NCBI RefSeq assembly: GCF_009914755.1
Contig: NC_060932.1
Source of the DNA: the human T2T-CHM13v2.0 reference genome, Homo sapiens
Strand: one strand, 5' to 3'
Length of the DNA stretch: 64,000 nucleotides
The notes beneath the pieces were generated by a model. It was not told where the DNA came from. It did no database searches and saw only the letters and a program-made list of their open reading frames with translations. Positions 33,326 through 51,652 of this stretch are shown piece by piece. A program made the position numbers and the translations under genes. Numbering within the stretch: the stretch's first letter is position 1; each line of letters opens with the position of its first letter.

Positions 33326-33608
33326 CATATCAGACCCCATCCTAGGCACATTCATTAAATCCTACAAGGAACTTTGCAAGGAACTGTGATTGTCTGAATT
33401 TTAGATAAGGAAACTGAGGCTCACCAAAGTTACATAACATTTCCCAAGTCATACAGCTGGTTAGTGGTGGCAGACTCAGAACTCAAACTTGAAAGAGCTC
33501 GATTTCAAAGCTCAGAACTTTATCTGCTGTGCTAAGCAAGGCACTATGGATCATGACCAAACACACCCCATTTGGTATCATTTCCTGATTGTTCATAGAG
33601 GTAAGTCA

Positions 33609-34181
<573 letters not shown>

Positions 34182-35224
34182 CTATCTTCCCAGGATAATC
34201 CAATAGGCTACAGTTCAGAGAGATACAGAGGAGACCTTGCAGAAGCCCACCCCAAGAAGAAAGCCAAGAAGGGCTGAGGTATTCTCCCTGACAATGCCGA
34301 GGCTGCTGGACCTTAGCTTTGGCTCTGCCCCCAACCGCCCGCCTCATTTGTTGATTCAAATGATAACAATCAAAGATGGTTTGGGTCTTTCCTCTCCAAA
34401 GAAGAGGTCACTGTGAAGGACCCACAACCCAAAAGACCAGAACCACTGTCTTGCTGGATTATACACTCATGACAACTGTGACTGCATGTCTTATAGCCTA
34501 CTCTGAGTATACTGCAGGCACTGGGCCTGACAGTGAGGAGGGTGAGTTGAGTAACACAAGGTCATTGCCCATAGAGAGCTCACAGTCTGGTGGGGCAGGG
34601 ACAGGTATAGAAACAGACAGGATGAATGGTTGTCAGTGATATCATCTGGGTGTGAACACAATGTCATAGGACCTGCCTTCCAAACATCTCTTAAGTGCCT
34701 ACTGCATGCTATTTTCCATTGGCTACAGCTTCCCATAGTGAGAATTATCTTCTGGGAAAATGCATCTATTCATCCACTAATATACTGAAGAAAAAATATT
34801 AAGCTAAATATCAAGGAAGTATTGGTTAGCAAAATAGACGTGGTCTCTGCTTAAGGAATAAGACCTTCGTCAAAAAACCTCACCGACAACAAGAAAAAGG
34901 GCACGTACTGGTACCATAGGACCTACCTACTATAAGCGATTAATAAATCCTCAGCATTTTAAAAAGTTACATCCTAAGAATTTTGTGACTCTTAGAATAA
35001 GTGAATGCCAGAGAAACAGCCTCGGGACCCCCAAGAAGAGAACAACGAAATAAACTTGAGAGTTCTCAAGTTTATTCTATACTCGGAGGGAGGCTAGGCT
35101 CACTAACTAGCCACGCAATCCAATCCTCATGCCAGCAGGAGCAGGCTCAACCCAGTCTGGGCCACCACAAATTATACATTTTCTTCAGGGTTCCCCTGGG
35201 AAGAAGTGCAAGTGTGGAATGTGA

Positions 35225-35816
<592 letters not shown>

Positions 35817-35889
35817 TGAAAAATGGAGATTTCTGCAGACTATGATGATGCCCACACACAATGCCTTGACTCTCACAGGTCATTACAGG

Positions 35890-36254
35890 CCAGGTGCATC
35901 TTACTGCAAGCAACACCTGCCACTCTGCCCCAAGAGCTTGCTCTCAGCCACCAAGGCACAGGCTCGGAGTGCCAGGAAATGAATGCTTCTAGCTGTGGCC
36001 TTCAGACAAGGATGAGTGGAAATCAGGAAACAATATCCCAGCTCCTTGCCCCTTGGTTCTGACAACCTGAGAGGTCCCCAGAGGAATGAAACCCTAGTTT
36101 CCTGCCTGATAACATGCTATTCGTTGGCTCCTTCTCTTCTCTGTCTCCCTTCCCCATTCCTCCACCTGTGTTTCCTTGGATCACCTCCCAAAGAAACTAT
36201 GCATGCTCCAATATTTTCTCAGTGCTGGCTTCTTGGGGAAACCACCCTAAGACA
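35890..36254 (+). mobile_element. LTR16-like ERVL LTR
   Basis: ggatcacctcccaaagaaactatgcatg...cttcttggggaaaccaccctaagaca. Confidence 0.65.
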
Positions 36255-36835
36255 GGGATGATGATACTTTTAACAGAGTGTTGTTAGGAGGAAAAAAAGG
36301 AAGTTGTATAAGTGTAGAAATGCCAGCATAAAGCAGGTGTACAATGAACAACTGCCAGTATTATGACAGCCCAAAACTAGAAATGACATCTGCAGCCCAG
36401 GGGCCTGACTCAGCGGCTTCCCAGCAAGGCCAGCACCATAGGCATGTTTTATGTGGCTGGAAATCCTGTTGGTGTCCACTGACCACTGTCCCAGTGACAG
36501 AGAGAATACAACCAAGGCCTGGAAGTCACCTTCCAGGAGCAGCACCCCAGTGTCCCAGCCTCCACCCTGTCCAAAGAAAAGGGAACCAGGATGGAAAGGG
36601 GTCTGCATGGAAAGGAGTTTACTCCCTCGCAGGAAGCCCCCATTACCCAGTGCTCACCAGGTACCACGCAGGCCCTGTATGGGTATCGGCCACATAGCCC
36701 CTTTCAATCACGCTGAGTCTTCACCCAGCCCAGAGCAGTGAGAGGTACAGCTAGGAATGTCATCCCACTTTACAGAGGAAACAACAGCCCTTACAGGATA
36801 AATAACAATTTTAATAGAATAAATAACAACAGGTC

Positions 36836-37260
36836 TGATAGAGTTTGGATCTGTGTCCCAGTGCAAATTTCATACTGAATTATAATCCCCAGTATTGGAG
36901 GTGGGGCCTGGTGGGAGGTAACTGGATCATGGAGGTAGATTTCTCATTAATGATTAGCCACCATCCCCTTGTTGCTGTCCTTGCCATAGTGAGTGAGTGA
37001 CTTTCCGTGAGATGTGTCGTTTAAAACTGTGTTGCGCCTTGCTCTCTCTCTTGCTCCTGCTTGGGCCATGTGACGTGCCTGTTCCCCCTTCACCTTCTAC
37101 CATGATTTTAAGTTTTTTGAGGCCCCCCAGAAGCCGAGCAGATGCCAGCATCATGCTTCCTGTACAGCCTGCAGAGCCATGAGCCAATTAAACCTCTTTT
37201 CTTTATAAATTACCCAGTCTCCGATATTTCTTTATAACAATGCAAGAATGACCTAATACG
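36836..37260 (+). mobile_element. MST (MSTA/B) solo LTR
   Basis: tgatagagtttggatctgtgtccc...gagccaattaaacctcttttctttataaattacccagtctc...ctaatac. Confidence 0.9.
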
Positions 37261-37279
37261 AGTCTAGCAGAATAAATAA

Positions 37280-37585
<306 letters not shown>

Positions 37586-38011
37586 ACAATTTTTAAAAAT
37601 AACAAAGCTAGCATATATTGCATAGTTATTATGTGTATCTGACACTAACTACACAAGCAATAACTTCTTTAACCTTCATAACAAACCTAGGCAACAGGTA
37701 TTGCTGTTTGATTTTACAGAGAAGGAAACTGAGGCAAATACAGGATGAGTATCTTGCCAGAGTTTTTACAGCTAATAAATGGAACCTAGGTCTGTCTGAT
37801 TACAAAGACTTATCTTTCCTTTAAATCTCACCAGCCTTTCAGAGCAGGGCCAGCCTCAGGAGAGGTCTCTGCTGCATGTATTTCCCTTCTAGTTTTAGAA
37901 CTAAAAAAAGATCTTTAACACACTAACAAGACCAGCCTCGCTCGAGCTCATTCCTAACACTTAGGAGTAGGTCCAATTAACATCAGCCCACTTGACCACA
38001 CTCTTTGTAAT

Positions 38012-38191
38012 TACCGTATTTCCTCCATTTTATGATGACCACATTTTCACATTTTAGCATTTCTGAAACAGGACGTGTCTCCTATCAATAAAATATAATG
38101 TGGCAGAACTATTTTCTCTCCCAACACTGCTATGATATCAATAATGCATCTTGAAATCAAAGACATCTCAGAATCAAAGGAAATAAAGTAT
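38012..38191. mobile_element. MER104-like Tc2/mariner MITE
   Basis: TA-ccgtatttcctccatttt...cacattttcacattttagcatttctgaaa...agaatcaaaggaaataaag-TA, with decayed terminal inverted repeats. Confidence 0.55.
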
Positions 38192-38528
38192 ATCTAAGAA
38201 ATGTTCAAATCTCATCAAGATAAAGCCCAGATCAGGCCTTAGAAGACTGTAAGTTTGAAAAATGAGGAGCCTGAATCATCTCCTTCAGACTTCCCCAAAA
38301 ATCCATCAAAGCATATCTGTGCCTGCATAAAGTTTCACCCCACACAGCAGCCCACTACCATCTATCTGTGGCTCTGAAATCTCATGGAATCCCTATATAT
38401 CTGCATTTTTAATTTAAAAAAAGGAGATCAGTTCCTCACTTGTCAGTCCACAGATAACATCTAATGAGTGCCGATTATGTTGTTAAAATATGAAATATAT
38501 ATTTGACTGCATCTTCTATTTTGCCAGA

Positions 38529-38562
38529 TTCATTCATTCATTCATTCATTCATTCATTCATT
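38529..38562. repeat. (ATTC)n microsatellite (L2 tail)
   Basis: attcattcattcattcattcattcattcattcatt. Confidence 0.95.
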
Positions 38563-39401
38563 TATGTAACACTCCAACAGTTGCCTATGAGGAGCCCACC
38601 CAAGTGAGGCATTTTCCTCTGCTGTAAGGCAGACAGGTGAATCGATGATTGCTGGTACCTGCAAGAACAGAAGTTGCTATAAAGTAGAGAAAATAATACA
38701 GAGGACTGGATAGTGAGTGGCTTCATGGGGGACATAGTAGCAGCTTCTGGTTTTGAGGATGAACAGGAGTACACCAGACAGAAAGGTAGGAAGAGGGAAT
38801 TCTGAATGGACAGAACAGTAGGTTCAAAGGCACAGTCTTAGAAAGACCTTTCATTGGACGAATGTTTGCTGACCCATCTGCCATGTCCAAGGCACAATGA
38901 CGATACTTCCAGAATTTTAAGATAATAAATGTGTGTTGTTTCAAGCCATTAAGTCTGTGCTTCCATCTAAAACCTTGTTACCACCTATACAAACAGGCAG
39001 ATTTGCATTTACAAGGTTCTTGACCTGAAAGGTGCAGAGAAGCAGAAGGAAAAAGCCAGGGTTTCAGAATTAAGGGGCAAGAGTTTGAGAGTCCTGGCTC
39101 TTCCCTCTACCAGCCTTGGACAAGCCACCTTACCTCTCTGAACCTCAGTTTTCTCATCTGTAAAACTGGCATTAATAATATTAAACTCAGGTGCCTGCTG
39201 TGAATCAGGCCTTGTGATTTCCATCCAGAAATACACACATAACTGATGCTTCTCTTGGCCAATTATTTGGCCCTCTAGCCTCAAAATATTGCAAATGTAT
39301 CAGCCAAAGTACATGATCTATTTAACAATGAAATTCTTTTTTCTTGATATACGTGTCTTATTTATGAGGGTGGGAATATTGTTTGTTCACTTCTATAACT
39401 C

Positions 39402-39699
39402 TTTTTTTTTTTTTTTTGAGACAGGGTCTTCCTCTGTTGCCCAGATAGGAGTGCAGTGGCAAGATCTTGGTCCACTGCAACTTCACCTCCCGGGTTCAAG
39501 CAATTTTCCTGCCTCAGCGTCCTAAGTAGCCAGGATTATGGGCATACGCCACCACAGCCCAGCTAATTTTTGTACTTTTAGTAGAGACAGGATTTCATCA
39601 TATTGGTCAGGCTAGTCACGAACTCCTGACCTCAGGTGATCCCCCCACCTTGGCCTCCCAAAGTGCTGGGATTACAGGCGTAAGCCACTGTGCCCGGCA
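39402..39699 (-). mobile_element. AluS in L2 end
   Basis: TSD cacttctataactct / cacttccataactct. Confidence 0.9.
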
Positions 39700-39871
39700 C
39701 ACTTCCATAACTCTTAAAATGCCTAGTGCACAGCAGGTGCTCAATAAATTATCTGTTGATGAATACATTAACAGAATTAGATAAAAACAAATAAGGGAAG
39801 CATCAGGAAGACTTCTATATGCATTGTCAAAATGGGAAACTGGGGATGCCTTTTAAACTACAGGGTAATTC

Positions 39872-40439
<568 letters not shown>

Positions 40440-41628
40440 CTACAGGAAAATATTCATGAGACCTAACACTGGCCCTTCCACTGGAAGTCCTACAACAAAT
40501 TACATTTCAGCCAACCCTGACAAAGTCCTGTGACCAGGGAACACCACTGTTCCAGTCCTCAAACATCTTTCTGAAAACCCATCTCCATTTCTTAGAAATT
40601 TTACTGCCTGTAAACTTAGAAGGATCAACCAATTTCCACAAGACTCCTTTTCAAAATGAAGTTTCCCCAGAGTCTAGACTCTCTTTTTAATGAGGTTTTA
40701 AATATTTTCTATTTCAACAGCTGTTTGTCTCCCAGGCGCAGCGGGCCACACCTGGACAGGATGCTAAGCCTGGATGCAGCTGACTCACCACAGGCCCGAC
40801 GCCACTCCCCGCCCCACTAGTGTCGCCAACTCCGGAGGACAAGCCGCTGATTTCAGGGTGCCCATTAGAATGGAAGGCCCTTGAAAAATCCCCAAGCAGG
40901 CAAAAGAGCATTGTAAGCAAAGCAACCCCACACTCCGTCTCTTCCTCCTCTCCAGAGAAAACTTCAGGGAAACAAGACGCCGCAGCTAGCACAGTGCCTG
41001 GCCTAGTAAATGTTTGTTGAATGAATTAATTAATGAATGCCTAAACAAACACCCTCATGCCAAGACTTTCTGGGCACACACGGTCATTTCCCATCAGAGT
41101 CAGTTCCCAGCTGCCGACCAGTCAACAACATCTAATCAGAGCCATGGATGTCCTGCAAGTCACTTGCTTTGCAACTATCTCCAAAATAGGTTATCCTGAC
41201 TGTCATCTTCTGGGGGCTGCTGTAAACTAGATTTCTCTTAGAAATCAATCAAGGCTTCCCACCTTTCCGAACCCTATTTCCCCTGAATGACAGAGAACTA
41301 CAAGGAATTAGTCTGAGGCAGAATGCATTAGTGCCCCAAAAGGGGCAGGAGATTTGGCTCAGCTACCTGCTTAGGCTGCCACCTAATGGAAAGTCCACTG
41401 GCTCCTCGGAGACTCTGATGCCACAGTGGTAAAACAGAAAGCATAATGACCACATGCCACAACCACTGTGGGAAAGAGCATCAGACTTCCCATTCTGGTA
41501 TCACGGCAGCCTGAGCTGATGGGGCAACCTTCTCTCTTCTGTTATAAACACATCAAATCTTGAATGACTATGACCCAAGTGGGATAATACATAGCCAAAT
41601 GGAAGAAATAAAGGCCATAGCTCCCAGT

Positions 41629-41938
41629 ACACACATCTGTGTACATTTGCATACACGCATATGGACACACAGAAGTGCAACCCATGTACAACTGCATACA
41701 CACATACACACATGCAAAGTGCAACCCATGTACAACTGCACACATACACACAGAAGTGAAACCCATGTACAACTGCACACAGAAATACAACCCATGTACA
41801 ACTGCACACACACAGAAAACAACCCACGTACAACTGCACACACACAGAAAACAACCCACGTACAACTGCACACATACAGACAGACAGATATACAACCCAA
41901 GTCCAACTGCATGCACACATACACACATACACAAATGC
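41629..41938. repeat. Minisatellite, ~7 units of 29-44 bp, core AACCCAYGTACAACTGCA + (CA)n spacer
   Basis: Cores at ~41679, 41723, 41760, 41789, 41821, 41854 and a degenerate one at ~41893. Confidence 0.92.
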
Positions 41939-42269
41939 AATGGACTATGTGCCGCAGCAGCAGGGCTGTTCCCTGTGGGCCCATGGAAAGGATGCTGGGC
42001 GGTTCCCAGATGCCCTTCCAGGGGCCCTTCCAAAGGACTTCATGTGCTGGGTCGGGACATTCCATTGTCAGCCCGTTTCCTCTGTGGAAGCAGTTTTCTT
42101 GGCTCGCTCTGACACAAGTGATACGGGCGGAAAGAGCAGTCCCTTCTCACGGTTCAGAGATTGTTGTGAAAAGGGGTCAGGCTGGAGGGTCCGAATTTGC
42201 AGAACCCATACCTAGACATGCTTCATGAGACAGAAAACCCCACAAGTCCTGGCTTCAGGGGAAAAAAAA

Positions 42270-42640
42270 AAAAAAAGGAGAGGCAAATGCATGGGCTGAC
42301 AAAACTGACAAGTCCAGGAAGGATGGAAATTCAGGCCTGGCTAGATTCAAGGGCTCAGAGGATGTGGTCAGGGAGAGGTTAGTCTTCATCTGTTGGCTCT
42401 GTATTTCTGTTCAGGGGAAGGATGGCATTTTCAGGCAGGATCTCACCAAAGGGGCCACTGGCTTTCAGGCTTACATCCAGACACAATTCAGCAATCCCTG
42501 CAGGAAAGCCTCGCTGTACTGGTGGTTCTAATAAAAGTCTCAGGATTGACTCTGACTGTTCATCCATCCTTGAACTAATTTCTGTGGCCAGGGGCTGGAA
42601 CACTCACTGGACTAGCCAGGTATTGCTTATGTGCCCAGAT
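42270..42640 (-). mobile_element. Old MLT1 LTR
   Basis: aactgacaagtccagg...ttcaggcctggctagattcaagggctca...ctgtggccaggggctggaacac. Confidence 0.55.
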
Positions 42641-42844
42641 GGACACGGGGAGCGGGTCAGCTCCACAAGACCCACAGACCAAGGGAGGGGAGGAGAACTT
42701 GCCCCAAGGCCACAAGGACAGAAGAGAGAGGAGAGGAAAGGAGATGGTGTAAACCATAATTTTTATCAGAGAATAAGGTAGCAATCAACTTCAGCCTTAA
42801 ATAAAACAAAGAGAATAGGAGCATAAGTCTTTCTTTAATGTTTT

Positions 42845-43395
42845 TTTCCAACAGGTTTCTTGACTTATAATTCACATACAATTAATCACAATTTAAAGTA
42901 TACAATTCAGGCCCGGCACGGTCGCACACGCCTGTAATCCCAGCACTTTGGGAGGGCCAGGCGGGCGGATCATGAGGTCAGGAGTTTGAGACCAGCCTGA
43001 CCAACATGGTGAAACCTCGTCTCTACTAAAAATACAAAAATTAGTCGGTCATGGTGGCATGAGCCTGTAATCCCAGCTACTCAGGAGGCTGAGGCAGGAG
43101 GATCACTTGAACTCAGGAGGCGGAGGTTGCAGTGAGCTGAGACAGCGCCACTGCACTCCAGCCTGGGTGACCTCTGTCTCAAAATAAATAAATAAATAAA
43201 TAAATAAATAAAATAAAGTGTACAATTCAATGGTTTTTAGCATAATTCACAGAAGTGTGCAACCATCACCTCAAAATGAAACCCCGAACCCATAAGCAGT
43301 CACACCCCGTTCCACCCTCTACACACCCCCGGCAAAAATAACAATATAACCTCTGTTTATATAGCTTTGCCTATTTGGATAGAATCATACAATAG
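42845..43395. mobile_element. L1MB-type 3' fragment (-) interrupted by AluS (+, 42910-43217)
   Basis: TSD aaagtatacaattca / aaagtgtacaattca; gtgcaaccatcacc L1 3' motif. Confidence 0.85.
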
Positions 43396-44582
43396 GTGCC
43401 AAAAAAAATAGGAGTTTTTTTTTTTTAATTATTCTTTCTTTTGTGGCAAAATCTACAAAAAGATCTCCTTCCCTAAACTCCTAGTTGAACTCTGACCTTG
43501 TGGCTCTGATGGAGTGAAGTCTCAATCCCTGGAATCACTGCTGTGGAAGGGGCTTCAGTTCATCCCTTCAGCGACATGGGCCACAGGAATGAGAGGCTTA
43601 GGAGACCCTCCCTAAGAGGCCTGGTAAAAGGCAGAAGCTGGAAATGGTGCTGTTCAGCAGGCCTGAGCCGAACATGGCACATCAGGCCCTGCAGCCAGGG
43701 CAGGGACCCTTCCTGGAGGCCAGGGTCCCGCACGCATTGTCTCACCCCAGCCAGTGTGTGGTGGAGCAGAAAAAAACCGAGGCTTCAGTCAAACAGATGG
43801 TCCAAGGACTCCCCAAGGACACGGCGCTATGGGTTTTCTGCCCAGCATCGCTCCTCATTGCTGATTTCAACTGGGATCTCCCTTCCCATGAAGTACATGT
43901 GCCCACAGTCCCAGGTGTGGGCCTCACTGGCTTAAAACCATCCCCATCGTCTGCCACTAATTACTTTAGAAGGAATATGTAACCCAATTGGGGTCAATAA
44001 GATATGAGGCTGGAGGTTTCTGAGAAAGCCCTTTCTCTTTTGTCCAGAAGTTTCTGAAATGGGGTTTTCTCCCTTCTTTTGGATGTTATAAGAAAGATGT
44101 GAAGCTAAAAACGGCTGCAGCCGATCTCACTACCAGTCTTGGGGAGATGCCAACATAGGAAGGTCGAACCCAAAGAACTACGGGAAAAGGAAGCTGCGCA
44201 GCCACTGTGCCAGTCCCCCTCCACTGGTCCTCCCTTTTCCGTCTGACTCTGCACCCCAAATTGACCTCAGGGACTAGTGCAAGGGCTTGCTCCTCCTCTG
44301 CTACAGGGTGGTTTTAGCAACAGGGAGCCCCAGCAGAAGACAGGAGGGAGGGAGAGGGAGGCTGAGGCATCCGATCTCTTCCCTGGGGCTCCCTCTCTAG
44401 GGGTCACTGTGAAACGGCTGCTGGCCTCAATCCAAGTTTCAGCTCTGGCCAGGGCTCCTTCGCACAGCCCTCGCTGTCTCCGGTTTCCAATAACTCTTCC
44501 TCCTTGCTCCTCAAAACTAGGCACACACAGGAGCCTTGGGGCTTTGCTATCCCTGGAGCTTCCCTACATCTGCCTGCACCAC

Positions 44583-45542
<960 letters not shown>

Positions 45543-46009
45543 GTTACTTCATTCATTCCTCTTAACACAAAATTATGAGTCTTCCCTCACTGGCAATAAT
45601 AATACCTACTTGGTAGAATGGGTATCGGGCTCCAATGAGGAACATACAGTATAGCCACTAAGCAGGCAGGCTCTGTTACCAGCTTGTTGGACCCGAATCT
45701 CAGCTCCATCCCTTACTAGCTGTGTGACCTTGGGCAAATTACTTCAAGCTTGCTTGTCCTCTGCCTCTCTCCTCCCCTCCTACCAGCAACAGTCTTAGTG
45801 TTCTGCATACGCTGGGTGCATAACAACAACAACAAAAAAATCACAGTGTCTAGAGTTGGGAGGGACTTTGGATCTCTCCAGACTAGGGGTTGGCAAATTA
45901 TAGCCCTGGTCACAAATATCACTTTATCAGGAGTTTTGCTTCTCCAAGCCAAACATTCCCCATCCCTTCAACCAAGCCTCAGAGGACAAGATGTTGAGCC
46001 CCATTCACC

Positions 46010-46448
46010 ATCTGTGGCAGCACTGCTAGTTCACCAAAACTCTGTTTTCTCTTCCTCCTGGGTGCATGGCTAGACTACATTTCCCAGACTCCCTTGCAGC
46101 TGGGTGTGACCATGTGTCAGACTTCTAGCTAAGGAATGAGATAGAAATGTTGCATGCCATTCTTCAGGCCAAGGTTTTTAAGAAGTGGGTGTGCTTTCTC
46201 CAGGCTCCTTCCCTCTTCTGCCAGTGGAAGCTGACAGCAACAAAGCTCCAGGGGGCAGCAGGGCCACAGAATGTAGCAGAGGCCTAGGTCTATGAGCCAC
46301 CACATGGATGAGAGACTCCCACCGAACTAGAAATACACATTTTGGGCTTTTACATGAAGAAGGAAAAACATTTCTTGTGTTTGAGCCAATAAACATCGTG
46401 GGGACTATTTGTTATTGCAGCTATTATCACTATATTACTAACTAATAC
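46010..46448 (+). mobile_element. MLT1J-like LTR
   Basis: gctagactacatttcccagactcccttgcagctgggtgtgaccatgtg...ctatttgttattgcagct...actaactaataca. Confidence 0.7.
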
Positions 46449-47665
46449 ACCATCCCAGTCTCCTTAATATGTGTCTACTGAATTGAATTACAGAAGGTTT
46501 CATTAATTCATCCAAAAAAGGCTTCACCTGAATACCTACTATGTGAGAAATCCTGTGAGTTCCAAATAAACATAATATAAGAATATCTGCTCTCAGAAAG
46601 CCACAAAATAGTGGGGGAGACAGAGGTATGAACAAAACAGACAGTGAAATGTACAAGGTAGAGGGGGTGGGCACAAACAAGAAGGTGGTCAATTCTACCC
46701 AGAATCAGGCTGGTCAGGAACGGCCTCCTGGAAGAGGGGAATACTCCAGCTCAGAATAAGGAGCTCATCATGTAGACAAACCTTACAGGCCTTCAGAGAC
46801 CAACCTGAGCCACAGTGTGGAGGCCTGAGGGGGATGGGCACATCTTCAACAACAGCTGCAGGTGGAGGAAGGGGAGGAAAGGGAAGAAGGGGGCGTGGAG
46901 ATGAAGCCGATGAGGACTCTGGAGCCAGACCATCACAGTCACCTGGTGAGGGTCCAGGAGCATATAAACTGTGACTACAGAGAAACACTGATTTAATCTA
47001 ATCTAGCCCTTTCCAGATGAGGCCTGACTTTCTAATTCCTTGATAGAAAAGTAAATTCCCAGGCTCGGATCACCCACGCTTCCTGGCTCCTGCTCCCTGG
47101 GCTGTGCTTGTCTCTTACACAGTGTACTTTCCCGCCTTCTCCCTTGCCTCGGGCTTCTCTGCAGTTCCTCCTAAGCTGTCTCTGTCAAGATTCCATTGTC
47201 CTTAGAAATCTAATAATCTAAACCCTTCCTTCTCTGTGCTCCCAAAACTCTCTCCCATGGATCAGCCTCTTGGAGGGGATTCACACTCCTTGAAGTAGGC
47301 CTGGAGATTAACAATCATCTTGACAAATCTTGGTTCATTTCCCATAAAGGGGACAGGAGCCAGGGAACAGCAAGAGGCTTGGTCCTGGGTTCATAGCAAG
47401 TTCTGGGTTCAAATCTCCACTGTCATTTGTGAATTCTGGGACTTGGAGCAAGCCAGTAAGCAGGCTGAAGCCTCAGTTTCCTCCACTGCTGCCTTCTATT
47501 ATTCTTAACATGGAATGATAAAGATGGATCCGGAAACAACCTCAAATATCCATCTGCTTCACCTCCAACACTTTAAAGAATAGGAAATTGAGGTCCTCAG
47601 AGGTTAAGCAGCCTGAGGTCACAGTTGACGGCAAAGTCAGGTCTAGAATCCAAGTCTATGTATAA

Positions 47666-48732
<1,067 letters not shown>

Positions 48733-49344
48733 TATAATTTAAAATGGATAACAAAAGAAACTATAAAAGGCCTTGAGGTTAAAAAAAAATCAATAAATGT
48801 GAGCTGAGCTTGAAAATGGGAGAGTTGCAAAATGTCCTCACATGAGACTGCGGCTGCCCATTCTCTGGTCTATACAGGCAAACTCAGTCAACCAGAATTT
48901 CTGGAAAACACTGTCCCAGATCTCCCAGCCCAGGAGGACTCCGGCCCACCCCCAGCCTATTGGTCTGACGGCCTAGCCCCCACTCTCCTGATGCAATTAT
49001 CCACATGCCTCTGCCATGTAGACAAGCCTCGGAGAGCACTCCACTTCCCAAGAGCCCTTCAGCACCGCTGATTCAAACAGTAACAGCTCTCTGACTTTGC
49101 TCTTCCCTTCAAAAAGCCCAGAGGCTACCTTGTAGGCTCAGCGTTTGTTTTTGTTTTTTTTAAACAATTTAATCTTCCCAGTGACATGCTGGGATTGGAA
49201 GAGATACTGGCTGGAAACACTGCCCTTCTCAGCAGGTGATAAAAGGGACCAGGTGCATTCATTCATTTAAAAGAGCACTTCCTGAGCATCTACCAGGTAG
49301 CAGGCCCAGAGACAGGTACTGCACTTACAAGAGTGGACAAAACA

Positions 49345-50170
<826 letters not shown>

Positions 50171-50639
50171 ACAGCATGGGTCTCATGAAGCTCATGGACC
50201 AGCAGAGGGAACAGACAGACAATGAAAGATCAGAGTGACAGATGTTTTGAAAAGGTTAAGCATAAGGGGGATCCTGGGAGCACTGAAGATGGCTCCAAAT
50301 TCAATCTTAGGGATCAGAGAATGACAGGCTAATCATCATAAGCATTTAAAATGCCTACAAGTTATGTCAGGCACTGGGCTAGGTTTTAAGGACACTTAAG
50401 AAAGAAGACACATTCCTGTTCTAAAGCGGCTGACAGACTAACAAACTTGATGTATAGTATCTCCAAAGTCCTCCCAATCTCCCTACAATGGCCAAGGTAG
50501 AACTGACCCAGCTTAGCCATGGTTTGGATGAGTTGAGGGAGGAAGAAGAAATCCATACTTTCAGAGTTCAGCCGTCCCCACCACTGCCGCTGCTTCCACT
50601 CTCACCAGCATTAAGCATTTGCAGACAGCAAATACTGCT

Positions 50640-51036
50640 TGATATGGTTTGGATCTGTGTCCCCACCCAAATCTCAGGTAGAACTGTAATTCCCAGTGTC
50701 GGAGGAGGGGCCTTGTGGGAGGTGATTGAATCATGAAAGGTGTTTCTAATGGTTTAGCACCATCCCCCTAGTGCTGTCTCATGATAAACTCTCCCGAGAT
50801 CCGCTTGTTTAAAAGTGTGTGACAGCTTCCTCCTCTCTCTCTCTTTCTCCTGCTCCGCCATGTAAGATGTACCTGCTTCCCCTTCGCCTTCTACCATAAT
50901 TGTAAGTTTCCTGAGGCCTCCCCAGAAGCAGAAGCCTGTACAGCCTGCAGAACCATGTGCTGATTAAACCTCTTTTCTTTATAAATTATCCAGTCTCAAG
51001 TAGTTCTTTATAGCAGTGTGAGCATAAACTAATACA
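50640..51036 (+). mobile_element. MST (MSTA/B) solo LTR
   Basis: tgatatggtttggatctgtgtccccacccaaatctca...attaaacctcttttctttataaattatccagtctc...actaataca. Confidence 0.9.
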
Positions 51037-51064
51037 CTGGTTAGGAAAAAAAAAAAAAGGGTAA

Positions 51065-51652
51065 GCCAAGCTCATATCATTCTTCCACTCACAACCCTCC
51101 AAGAGCTGCTTTTGTCATTCAGAGCAAAAGCTAAAGTCCACAAAATGCCCAGCAAGGTTAAGCCCTCATCCCCACCCCATCAACCTTTTCCTGCACCAAC
51201 TTTCTTGTCACTTACTCCACTCCAGCCACACTGGCTTCCTTGAGGTACCTTTAATGTGCCATGCATGCAGTTATCAGGGTCTCTGCATGGGGCAGGCCCT
51301 GTGCCTAGGAATCGTTTCTCCCCAAACTGCCGTGTGCTCACTCCCTCAGCTCCTTTGGGTCTTTGCTTAGTGTCACATTCTCAGGGAAAGCCTCCTTGAA
51401 CACCCCATTTAACAATGCACACCCTCCCCAGCATGCCCCAGCCTCCTCTCCAGATGATTTTTCTTCCATAAGGACTATTTGTCGTCTCACACACCATCCG
51501 TTTCATGTTTGTTTGCTATCTGTTGCCCCACTGGAATGTAAAGTCCATGAGGATAGGGATTTTTCTCTGTCATGTTTGCTACTGTTGTCCCGCCCCTAGA
51601 ATACCACCGGCATGCAATGTAAATGCAAACAAATATGCATGGAATAAATATC
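51065..51652 (+). mobile_element. L2 3' fragment
   Basis: actccactccagccacactggcttcct, tgtcacattctcagggaaagcctcc, ggaatgtaaagtccatgagg. Confidence 0.75.

Noticed and set aside
41629-41938. Repeat-spacer appearance resembling a CRISPR array
   Set aside because: The spacers are short, low-complexity and related to each other. The context is a primate intron with no cas genes.
41501-42228. Overlapping 143-222 aa Cys/His/Val-rich ORFs
   Set aside because: They derive from the CA-rich minisatellite, where several frames are open simultaneously.
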